Shown in pieces: positions 19,383 to 27,380 of a stretch of 64,000 nt of DNA. The stretch lies in the NCBI GenBank assembly GCA_024408655.1, contig JAKSUV010000004.1:7112-71111 (forward strand), read 5' to 3'. Numbering within the stretch: the first letter of the stretch is position 1; every line of letters begins with the position of its first letter. A program made the position numbers and the translations under genes. This DNA comes from Bacilli bacterium (GTDB taxonomy: Bacteria > Bacillota_I > Bacilli_A > RFN20 > CAG-826). Under the pieces are notes generated by a model, which worked only from the letters and a program-made list of their open reading frames with translations, ran no database searches and was not told the origin of the DNA.

Positions 19383-20249
19383 ATGTCCTATTTAGTTAAT
19401 ATTTTAAAACGGCTTAAATTTCCTAAGGATTGCCAAGCAGAAGTTTTAAGCGCCTACCAAAAAATTAAAAACAAGAAAGATATCGAAAAGATATTGAAAC
19501 AATATAAAAACGAAAATGTTGATTTTCCTAAACTTATTGCGAGTTGGCAGCCGATTCTTAAAAAATATAAGATCAATCAATATCTCGGTGACTTACTATT
19601 TTGTTTATTACTGTGCGAAAAACAAGAAGTCTTATATAAGAAACACCATTTATCAAACGCTTTATTTATTGAAACGATGATGGATCTTAAATATAAGGCG
19701 ATTGAATGTAAACTTGTTAAACATACCTGGGGATTATTTGTAACCCCGTGGTATGGTAGTTTCTTTAAATTAAAGTTGTTTTCTTTAGGAAGACTTCAAT
19801 TTGAAGTCTATACGTTCTTGGCCGATTACGATAATAAAAATGTTCACTTAAAAGCGGGGCAACCGTGTTTAAATGTTCATATCGCGCGAAATGGTGAACC
19901 ACTTGATATTAAGGAATGTAAGAAGTCAATCGCACGAGCGAAGAAATTCTTCCCACCGTATTTTAAGGATTACATTCTCTTTAGCTGTGATTCCTGGTTC
20001 TTATTTAATAAGACATTAGAATTTGTTGGGAAAGATTCTAATATTTATCGTTTCTCAAAACTCTTTAAATTAATTAAGATGATTCCGGTGAAAGACCAAA
20101 GCGAAGAGATGTGGCGTTTATTTGATGATGACACAAGTGACTTAAGTAAACTAAAAGCCAAAACAAGTCTCCAGAAAAAATATCTAAAATATTTAAAACA
20201 AGGCGGAAAAATCGGTTTAGGCCTTGGTTATTTTATTTATAAATTCTAA
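19383..20249 (+). CDS. Uncharacterised cytoplasmic protein co-transcribed with the transporters (possibly a DUF5596/acyltransferase-like family)
   Basis: 288-aa ORF starting 2 nt after the transporter stop. The family assignment is from memory only. Confidence 0.55.
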   Translation: MSYLVNILKRLKFPKDCQAEVLSAYQKIKNKKDIEKILKQYKNENVDFPKLIASWQPILKKYKINQYLGDLLFCLLLCEKQEVLYKKHHLSNALFIETMMDLKYKAIECKLVKHTWGLFVTPWYGSFFKLKLFSLGRLQFEVYTFLADYDNKNVHLKAGQPCLNVHIARNGEPLDIKECKKSIARAKKFFPPYFKDYILFSCDSWFLFNKTLEFVGKDSNIYRFSKLFKLIKMIPVKDQSEEMWRLFDDDTSDLSKLKAKTSLQKKYLKYLKQGGKIGLGLGYFIYKF

Positions 20250-21521
20250 TTATTTAGCGTGCTTAATCTCAATCAGTTGGCCATGCTTTAAGCGACTTTC
20301 TTCCGCGGCATAACACATCAAATGACTTTCAATGGACGAGGCTAAGGTTGTAGCGGCACTATCGTTTTTACCGGTCACGATTTGATAAAGTGCGTTGACT
20401 AGACCTTCATCGCCTCCGCCATGACCAAATGAACATTTGCTTTGGATTTTATTAAACGGAACGACTACAACTTTTTCGCCAAAGCGTTTAATTAAAATTT
20501 CGTGCCGCTCTTCGTCTAAATCAATTTCCCCGATGGTGCCATGGAATTTATAAATTCTACCGGGTTTCGCGGTAAAGCCAGTCATACATAAATTAGCGGT
20601 CACCCCGTTTTCAAAAGTCATAATGGTTTGTTGATGATCAACAACATCATTACGACAAGTAAAGACACACTCGCCATATTCATTACTTTCATACGCTTTC
20701 TTTAAATTCTTCTCTGTTAATGGATAAGTGGTGCAGGTGACATTAAAGGGCCAATCATTCTTGGGTGAACCCTTTTCTTTCCACATTTTGATATAAAGGG
20801 TTTTGGCACTATAAGGGCAAGTATCAATATATTTACAGGTCGCGCACCGTTTACTCGCACCTTTTGGTTGATGCTTCTTATTAAAGAAATCTAAGCGACC
20901 CATCGATGAAACATATTGGCAGCGGCTCTTCGCGTAATATTGTAATAAATCCATATCGTGACAACATTTGGCTAAGATCATTGGCGAAGTCTTTTTACTA
21001 TCATGCCAATTGCCCCGGACAAAACTATGGGCCTGGTGCCAATAGGCTACTTGTTCAAGGGCGTCAATATCCATTAATGTTCCAATCGTGCCTTGATCAA
21101 TTAAACGCGCGACTTCTAAGTACGCTGGCGCGTAGCGAAGAACGTGACAAACAATCACCTTTCTTTTGCACTTTTTCTGCGCCGCTAATAAACGGAAACA
21201 TTCACTCTTACTCGGGGTGATGGGTTTTTCAAGCAACACATGATAGCCAAGGCTCATCGCTTTAATCGCGTGCCGGACATGGTCTTGATCTTGGGTTGCG
21301 ACAATACAGACATCGGCTAATTTCTTTTTAAAGAAAGCCTTCTCGTCTTTAAATAATAAGTGCGATGGAATTTTAAATTCTTTCTTCGCTAACGTAAGCC
21401 GGACAGCCCGCGCATCACACACACTCACAACTTGGTATTGATTCGATTTATGCATTAAGGTGCCATAAGCATCAATCCCGCGGCTTCCTCCACCAATAAT
21501 TGCGACAGTTAGTTTTTTCAT
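20250..21521 (-). CDS. Gfo/Idh/MocA-family NAD(P)-dependent oxidoreductase with a Cys-rich insert
   Basis: Rossmann N-terminus KLTVAIIGGGSRG and EKP motif (HVLLEKP). Insert CATCKYIDTC at residues 226-235. Confidence 0.85.
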   Translation of the reverse strand: MKKLTVAIIGGGSRGIDAYGTLMHKSNQYQVVSVCDARAVRLTLAKKEFKIPSHLLFKDEKAFFKKKLADVCIVATQDQDHVRHAIKAMSLGYHVLLEKPITPSKSECFRLLAAQKKCKRKVIVCHVLRYAPAYLEVARLIDQGTIGTLMDIDALEQVAYWHQAHSFVRGNWHDSKKTSPMILAKCCHDMDLLQYYAKSRCQYVSSMGRLDFFNKKHQPKGASKRCATCKYIDTCPYSAKTLYIKMWKEKGSPKNDWPFNVTCTTYPLTEKNLKKAYESNEYGECVFTCRNDVVDHQQTIMTFENGVTANLCMTGFTAKPGRIYKFHGTIGEIDLDEERHEILIKRFGEKVVVVPFNKIQSKCSFGHGGGDEGLVNALYQIVTGKNDSAATTLASSIESHLMCYAAEESRLKHGQLIEIKHAK

Positions 21522-21536
21522 AATTATTTCTCCTTA

Positions 21537-22625
21537 TTAATATTTATTAATTAAACTATTCATTTGTTTGTATTGTTTTTCCATTTCGCTTACTAATTTA
21601 AGTTGAGTGCGAGCACGTACTAAGTTATGAGTAGAGTACTTAATATGGAAATAATGATCACCTTCAAGATAATCAGTTAAGAAACGCATCCCACATTCAA
21701 GTGTCATTATGATACTTCCTAACGCCAAATTCTCTTTTTCTTTCTTGGTAATTACTTTACCTAAGGTTTTTAGGAAACCTTTTAAAAAGATTTCGTATAA
21801 ATCAAGCCGGAAGTGTACTTTGCTTAAATCTTTTTCATCTTCTTTCGCGGAGTTGGTGCCAAAACGAATTGCATCACCAAAATCATAGCAAAGGGAACCT
21901 GGCATAATCGTGTCTAAGTCAACAACTGCGATAGGGCGATGTGTTTTTTCATCAAACAAGATATTGTTTAGTTTTGTATCGTTATGAGTAACGCGCGTTG
22001 GGATTATTTTCTTCTTAAGCATATTAACAATTAATGGACAATATTGTTGATGGTTAATAATAAATTTAATTTCTTTTTGGCAAGTCTTCGCGCGTTTCAT
22101 CTTATCGAGTTTAACCGCTTTTAAGAAAGCTTTATAACGAAGTTCGGTGTTATGGAAATTAGGGATAATTTCGTATAATTTATTCGCGTTAAACTTCGCT
22201 AAAATTTTGTAGAAATTCGCAAACGCCACCGCGGTGTAATAAAAATCTTGTGGTTTTTTAATGATTTGTAGACTTACCGTGTGGTCAATAAAATATAATA
22301 CTCGCGCGTAAAGATTCTCATATTTAACATAGGATTTTTTATCCTTAGTAAACACGATATTAATGGTTTCGCGTAGTGGATCACCACCTTGTTTAACAAT
22401 TGCTTGGCGATAAAACTTAGTAACAGCAACATAATTTTCCATTAAGTGCGAGACGGGATGAAAAATCTTATCGTTAATGATTTGTAAGATATACCGCTCT
22501 TTATTTTTGAAAGTTACTAAATAGGTATTATTAATATGACCTTCGCCATAAGGAACAGCCTTAATTACTTCGCTATTAATTGGATATAATTGAAAGATTT
22601 TCTTAATGTCGACGAGTTTAAGCAT
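21537..22625 (-). CDS. APH-fold sugar kinase resembling N-acetylhexosamine 1-kinase (NahK/LnpB)
   Basis: VTHNDTKLNNILFD (Brenner-type catalytic loop) and VVDLDTIMPGSLCYDFGDAIR. I chose ATG 22625 (362 aa) because a minus-strand TATAAT (22641-22636) lies inside the longer ORF extension. Confidence 0.7.
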   Translation of the reverse strand: MLKLVDIKKIFQLYPINSEVIKAVPYGEGHINNTYLVTFKNKERYILQIINDKIFHPVSHLMENYVAVTKFYRQAIVKQGGDPLRETINIVFTKDKKSYVKYENLYARVLYFIDHTVSLQIIKKPQDFYYTAVAFANFYKILAKFNANKLYEIIPNFHNTELRYKAFLKAVKLDKMKRAKTCQKEIKFIINHQQYCPLIVNMLKKKIIPTRVTHNDTKLNNILFDEKTHRPIAVVDLDTIMPGSLCYDFGDAIRFGTNSAKEDEKDLSKVHFRLDLYEIFLKGFLKTLGKVITKKEKENLALGSIIMTLECGMRFLTDYLEGDHYFHIKYSTHNLVRARTQLKLVSEMEKQYKQMNSLINKY

Positions 22626-22726
22626 ACCTTTTATTATTATATTAGTTTTAATCATAAAACGATTAAAAACATCATTTATTTCACCCACGCGTATTCAGAT
22701 AATAAAAAAGTGGTTTATAGAAAGTT

Positions 22727-22754
22727 ATTGATTTGTCTAGTTTTAATGTATAAT
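22727..22754 (+). promoter_or_regulatory. Putative promoter of the three-gene islet
   Basis: TTGATT (22727-22732), a 16-nt spacer, then TATAAT (22749-22754). Confidence 0.5.
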
Positions 22755-22785
22755 GTATCTATCAATGGAAAAAGGAAAATGAGTT

Positions 22786-22959
22786 ATGGCTACATCAAGC
22801 ATATTTGCTAGTTTTGATATTAAAGAGTCGAAGAAAGCCGAGTCTTTTGCTTTTGCTTTAAAATCTTCGATAGACGCAACCAAAAATGATAAGCAATTAG
22901 CCAATTGTGATTCAGTAAAGAATAAACAAGATTTATCCAAAATAATTAAAAAACTTTAA
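22786..22959 (+). CDS. 57-aa ORF, candidate antitoxin/partner of the downstream GNAT protein
   Basis: Below the ORF-track cutoff; read from the DNA as MATSSIFASFDIKESKKAESFAFALKSSIDATKNDKQLANCDSVKNKQDLSKIIKKL. A purine-rich stretch (aaaggaaaa) lies about 6 nt upstream. The ORF ends 10 nt before the next ATG. Any resemblance to the RHH start of DUF1778 antitoxins (K-E-S-x-K/R-A) is weak. Confidence 0.45.
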   Translation: MATSSIFASFDIKESKKAESFAFALKSSIDATKNDKQLANCDSVKNKQDLSKIIKKL

Positions 22960-22969
22960 GTCTTATTTT

Positions 22970-23560
22970 ATGGCTGAATATATAAGGGTTAATATCCTAG
23001 ATTTAATCGAGAACTTTGGCGAAGATAAGGTTAAGAAAGCCGTTTCTAGTTTTGCTTGTGAAAAAAACGCTGATGTTGAATTGTTTTTAAAAACAAACGC
23101 CATTGAATTTGCTAAAAAGAAAACATCTATTACATATTTAGTAATTAGAAAAGAGCCTGTTGCATTGGTTGGTTATTTTACCTTGATGCACAAATCAATT
23201 GTAGTAAAACCGGGGCCACATTTATCTTCTATGCTTATCCGCGCTATAGAAAAATGTGCTAAGTTAGATGAAACAAACCGTGTTTATAATGTTTCTGCAT
23301 TTTTAATCGCCCAATTTGCCAAAAATTCTAATATTAAAGATTTAGAAGCTCATTTTGGTGATAAATTAATGGGGTATGCTTTAAATACTCTTATAGAAAT
23401 TAGGAGAAACATAGGTGGGAGAGTCGTCTTTCTTGAGTGTGAAAAGAACAAAACAAAATTAGTTAATTTTTATCAAAAAGAAAATAATTTTTTTAGAATT
23501 TTTGGATCTAGGATAGATGAATCAGGCAAAACATATTTACAACTTTTAAGGCATTTTTAG
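22970..23560 (+). CDS. GNAT-fold protein resembling TacT/AtaT/KacT-type acetyltransferase toxins
   Basis: FACEKNADVELFLKTNAIEFAKKKTSITYLV...LVGYFTL matches the family N-terminal pattern F-x-[CS]-G-x3-L-x-x-[FW]-L...T-[FY]-[VL]-V...G-[FY]-[FY]-[ST]-L. The C-terminal VVFLECEKNKTKLVNFYQKENNF retains the conserved FY. The acetyl-CoA loop looks degenerate (AHFGDKL). Confidence 0.6.
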   Translation: MAEYIRVNILDLIENFGEDKVKKAVSSFACEKNADVELFLKTNAIEFAKKKTSITYLVIRKEPVALVGYFTLMHKSIVVKPGPHLSSMLIRAIEKCAKLDETNRVYNVSAFLIAQFAKNSNIKDLEAHFGDKLMGYALNTLIEIRRNIGGRVVFLECEKNKTKLVNFYQKENNFFRIFGSRIDESGKTYLQLLRHF

Positions 23561-23567
23561 AAGATTT

Positions 23568-23918
23568 ATGAATTATAAATGGAAAAAAGAATTTGAAGAA
23601 ATAAAAGAAACTAGTATTCTCAGTTGTTTTAAAACTAATGCAGATGGGGTAGATGTGATGGCAATCATATCTATATCGCCTGTAATTGATGAGCTTAACA
23701 AAAAACGTATTATAAATCTCAGTATATATTTTAAAGCCGGAAGTGTTACCAAAGGTACATATAGATGGGTAGTATTAGATATCTTAGATTTAAGTAAGCA
23801 ATATAGCGCTCATTATAAAACAGAGTTTTCTCCATATTGTCTCTTAGAAAGCTACTATGTTCGTAGGTTTCCTAAACTAACTATTTTGTTTCATGGGACA
23901 TGCGCATATATTGACTAG
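23568..23918 (+). CDS. Hypothetical 116-aa protein, third gene of the islet
   Basis: ORF 7 nt after the GNAT stop. Very AT-rich. No recognisable motif. Confidence 0.5.
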   Translation: MNYKWKKEFEEIKETSILSCFKTNADGVDVMAIISISPVIDELNKKRIINLSIYFKAGSVTKGTYRWVVLDILDLSKQYSAHYKTEFSPYCLLESYYVRRFPKLTILFHGTCAYID

Positions 23919-23949
23919 ATAACAACAATTAAATTTGATGAAAAAAAGT

Positions 23950-23978
23950 TTGCAATTAACAATAACTTGCTATAAGAT
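23950..23978 (+). promoter_or_regulatory. Putative tuf promoter
   Basis: TTGCAA (23950-23955), a 17-nt spacer, then TAAGAT (23973-23978). Strong SD aagaggag before ATG 24027. Confidence 0.4.
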
Positions 23979-24026
23979 ATAACACGCTACGAATTTAGCA
24001 TTCGAAGAGAAAAGAGGAGATTTTTT

Positions 24027-25211
24027 ATGGCAAAAGAGAAATTTGACAGAAGTAAAGTCCACGTTAACATTGGTACGATTGGCCACGTTGACCATGGTAA
24101 AACCACTTTAACTGCGGCAATTACTAAAGTCCTTTCGGCAAAAGGCGGTGCGGTCGCGAAAGCGTACAACGAAATCGATGCAGCGCCCGAAGAGAAGGAA
24201 CGTGGTATTACGATTAATACTGCCCACATTGAATACTCAACTGCGAAGCGTCACTACGCTCACGTTGACTGCCCGGGGCACGCTGACTACGTTAAGAACA
24301 TGATTACTGGTGCAGCGCAAATGGATGGAGCGATCTTAGTGGTTGCGGGTACCGATGGCGTCATGCCACAAACGCGTGAACACATCTTACTTGCTCGCCA
24401 AGTTGGTGTTCCTTATATTTGTGTCTTCATCAACAAAGTTGACTTAGTTGACGACAAAGAATTACTCGACTTAGTCGAGATGGAAGTCCGTGACTTACTC
24501 ACTTCCTATGGTTTCCCAGGTGATAAAGTTCCTGTGATCCGTGGTAGTGCGAGAAAAGCCCTTGATGGCGACGCGGAAGCGGCTAAACAAATCGAAGCGC
24601 TTATGGATGCGGTTGATGCTAACATCCCTGATCCAGTGCGTGATGTTGATAAACCATTCTTACTCCCAATCGAAGACGTTATGACCATTTCTGGTCGTGG
24701 TACCGTTGTCACTGGTCGGGTCGAACGCGGCAAATGCAACCTCAACGACGAAATGGAAATCGTTGGTATTAAACCAACCCAAAAGACCGTTGTTACTGGT
24801 CTAGAAATGTTCCGGAAGACCCTTGAGTACGCTCAAGCGGGTGATAACGTTGGTGTCCTCCTTAGAGGTATCAACCGTGATCAAGTTATCCGTGGTCAAG
24901 TCTTAGCGAAACCGGGAACAATCGTTCCTCACGTTAAGTTCACTGCGACTGTCTACGTCTTAAAGAAAGAAGAAGGTGGCCGTCATACTGCGTTCTTAAG
25001 TAACTATCGTCCACAATTCTATTTCCGTACGACCGATATTACTGGTGTTATTACTCTTCCTGCTGATGTGAAGATGGTTATGCCTGGTGATAACGTGGAA
25101 CTCACCATCGAACTCATTCACCCAATCGCGATTGAAAAGGGAACTAAGTTCTCCATCCGTGAAGGTGGCCGGACCGTTGGTGCGGGTACCGTGAGTGAAA
25201 TTCTTAAGTAA
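24027..25211 (+). CDS. tuf: Elongation factor Tu
   Basis: [33 protein letters not shown]..., DCPGHADY and NKVD. Confidence 0.98.
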   Translation: MAKEKFDRSKVHVNIGTIGHVDHGKTTLTAAITKVLSAKGGAVAKAYNEIDAAPEEKERGITINTAHIEYSTAKRHYAHVDCPGHADYVKNMITGAAQMDGAILVVAGTDGVMPQTREHILLARQVGVPYICVFINKVDLVDDKELLDLVEMEVRDLLTSYGFPGDKVPVIRGSARKALDGDAEAAKQIEALMDAVDANIPDPVRDVDKPFLLPIEDVMTISGRGTVVTGRVERGKCNLNDEMEIVGIKPTQKTVVTGLEMFRKTLEYAQAGDNVGVLLRGINRDQVIRGQVLAKPGTIVPHVKFTATVYVLKKEEGGRHTAFLSNYRPQFYFRTTDITGVITLPADVKMVMPGDNVELTIELIHPIAIEKGTKFSIREGGRTVGAGTVSEILK

Positions 25212-25238
25212 TTAAGAAAACTCCTTATATAAAACTTA

Positions 25239-25266
25239 AATACCCCGTTAACGCGGGGTATTTTTA
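25239..25266 (+). terminator. Intrinsic terminator after tuf
   Basis: ataccccg-ttaacg-cggggtat followed by ttttt. Confidence 0.65.
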
Positions 25267-25369
25267 TTTCATAGCGTATATACACGCACGACCGTTAAAT
25301 ATAATAGCCAAAAAAATTATTAACATATCACTAGTGATTGTTGTATAATAATTCCCGAGGTAAAAATAT

Positions 25370-26845
25370 ATGAAAAATAAAAAGTACTTATTTGCATTAC
25401 CAATCTTTGCGTTAGCAGGTTCGGGTGCGTTAGTGGGATGCGGTGGAGAATCCTCTAAACTTTTGTTTGAAAGTAAAGTAGAAGTTGAAAACACTGGTCG
25501 TGATGACATATCAATTACCATAGATAACTCTTCTGTCTACAGCAACACGGACTATAAAGCAACAGTGACATTAACTCAAAGCCCAAAAACCGGTGCTGGA
25601 ATCAAAGAATATCGTGGACTGCCGTCAAAAGAAGATGAAGTTTTTAGTATAAGTTACGAAACTAAAGACGGCAAATATGTAGACATAGAAAAAGCGCAAT
25701 ACACATATGAAATTAATCCCAATGACCGTAGGATTGGGTATATAACAATTAAGAAAGATGTCGTTAATGGTCTTGCTACAAAAAAAGATATTGGTAAGAC
25801 AATCTGGATATCTTTTGATGGCGCGTTACCGACGCTTAGATATAATGTTGGAGTCGAGTTAGATAGTAGTCAGTCATATACCGAGGATGATTATAAATTT
25901 ACTATGGAAGAAGGCACAACCACAATTGAGGCCGGAGCAGAATATAGAACTAAAATTGTGTTAGATTCCAAAACCGAGTTCCCAGCTCCGATTTTGAAAT
26001 TGCCGACAACTGATGCAGAAAATAACGTTTCTGTTTATGTTGGCAATGAGAAAATTGATTATGTTGATGATTGGACCTGGAGTGCTAATGCATTTGTCGC
26101 AAATTTTGGCATTGAAGAGGACATTGCTTGTGGAAATGTAAGGATTGTTGTAAAGTTGAACGCGGAGTCATTTGGGTTGTTTGGCATTAAGGCCGTGGCT
26201 GATGATGATTTTAAAGGAGAAATCACTTTCTCAAATTCTCAAATCGAAAAAGATAATGAGAACTTTAACGCTAATATCAACTTAACCCAAAAGGAAGGGA
26301 TTAAACCGAGCGAACGGCGTCAGTTAACCGCTCCTGATAAAATAGCGGTTAAATACAAGAATAATCAAGGAAGCATAGTTACTTTAAACTCCAAGAGTGA
26401 TTATTCGTACACACTTAATCCTGACAGAATGAGCGCAAAATTTACATTGATGTCGGCTGCTATTGCAACAATAAAAGCAGAAATTGCTACAGAAGACATT
26501 GACAAATTTCTTCTTGTTGATTTTGGCAAATTGCCAAATTATCAATGTTCGGTATCTGCCGAAGCTAAAGATGTTGGCCCTGAATATCACATTAGTCTTA
26601 CTACACCGTTTGCTGATATCGGTAATGAATATAATAGCGGATTGACCTTGTCGGCCAAAACAGATGATAAAGATTTTCCTTCAACTTTTGAACATGGTGA
26701 GATTTATGTTGATGAAGTAAAAATATCAACCAAAAACATTACATGGAGGCTTATGGAAGATAAGAATTCTGCTAAAATAGTAATTCCAGGCAATTACGTG
26801 ACTGGTGATATTCGGATAGTAGTTCCACTTGTAGATCAACAATAA
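25370..26845 (+). CDS. Lipoprotein of unknown function with (A-B)x2 internal duplication
   Basis: Signal peptide with lipobox (ALVGCGG). Two A modules (ATVTLTQSPK...YTYEINPNDR / ANINLTQKEG...YSYTLNPDRM). Two B modules ending GNVRIVVKL / GDIRIVVPL. Confidence 0.75.
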   Translation: MKNKKYLFALPIFALAGSGALVGCGGESSKLLFESKVEVENTGRDDISITIDNSSVYSNTDYKATVTLTQSPKTGAGIKEYRGLPSKEDEVFSISYETKDGKYVDIEKAQYTYEINPNDRRIGYITIKKDVVNGLATKKDIGKTIWISFDGALPTLRYNVGVELDSSQSYTEDDYKFTMEEGTTTIEAGAEYRTKIVLDSKTEFPAPILKLPTTDAENNVSVYVGNEKIDYVDDWTWSANAFVANFGIEEDIACGNVRIVVKLNAESFGLFGIKAVADDDFKGEITFSNSQIEKDNENFNANINLTQKEGIKPSERRQLTAPDKIAVKYKNNQGSIVTLNSKSDYSYTLNPDRMSAKFTLMSAAIATIKAEIATEDIDKFLLVDFGKLPNYQCSVSAEAKDVGPEYHISLTTPFADIGNEYNSGLTLSAKTDDKDFPSTFEHGEIYVDEVKISTKNITWRLMEDKNSAKIVIPGNYVTGDIRIVVPLVDQQ

Positions 26846-26868
26846 CAATACAATTAGTTCATTTTAAT

Positions 26869-26895
26869 AAAAGCGCCACGTGTTTGGCGCTTTTA
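26869..26895 (+). terminator. Intrinsic terminator
   Basis: aaagcgcca-cgtgtt-tggcgcttt followed by a T-rich tail. Confidence 0.55.
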
Positions 26896-26950
26896 TATTA
26901 TGAGAAGTGCAAGATTGCAGCAATTCTATTTAACGGGTTATAATATCTTC

Positions 26951-27334
26951 ATGCCAAACTATGAATTAAATGTAACTGTTATTAAGATACTAGAGACAGT
27001 TTATGAATTAAATGAAAAGAATTATTATCCGAATGCTCATGGAGTGTTAAAGATAGTAAATGGTGTCATTGATGAAGAAACTGCTCCTTTTATTAAATTA
27101 AAAACGTTCTCCACTTTAACTAGTGTTAAAGGTCGTCAGTTAGCGAGCGATATTCATCAACTTGTGCGATATGGTTATTTATCCTATCAACATAATAAGA
27201 GCGATGATCAAATGTATTTAAGAATTACCTTTAAGGGTGAAAGTAATCTTGAAGATTATTTAAAACATCACCGCGTTAGTTTTAAAAAAGCGAATAAAAA
27301 GAAAGCAGAAAAAACCATTGCGTTAATTAAATAA
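26951..27334 (+). CDS. Small stand-alone winged-helix protein resembling the RecQ RQC domain
   Basis: The pattern ...GVLKIVNGV.....FIKLKTFSTL......LASDIHQLVRYGYLSYQ...MYLRITFKG parallels RQC winged-helix spacing. I chose ATG 26951 because TTGCAG-18-TATAAT (26915-26944) lies inside the longer ORF. Confidence 0.45.
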   Translation: MPNYELNVTVIKILETVYELNEKNYYPNAHGVLKIVNGVIDEETAPFIKLKTFSTLTSVKGRQLASDIHQLVRYGYLSYQHNKSDDQMYLRITFKGESNLEDYLKHHRVSFKKANKKKAEKTIALIK

Positions 27335-27380
27335 TTAATTTCGTTCCCCCGAAGTAAATTATTTGTTTCATAATATTATT

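Noticed and set aside
22743-22940. 65-aa minus-strand ORF in the gap before the GNAT gene.
   Set aside because: The + strand 57-aa ORF (22786-22959) has a promoter-like box, a purine-rich RBS region and tight coupling to the downstream genes. The minus-strand ORF has none of these and would run convergent into the islet promoter.
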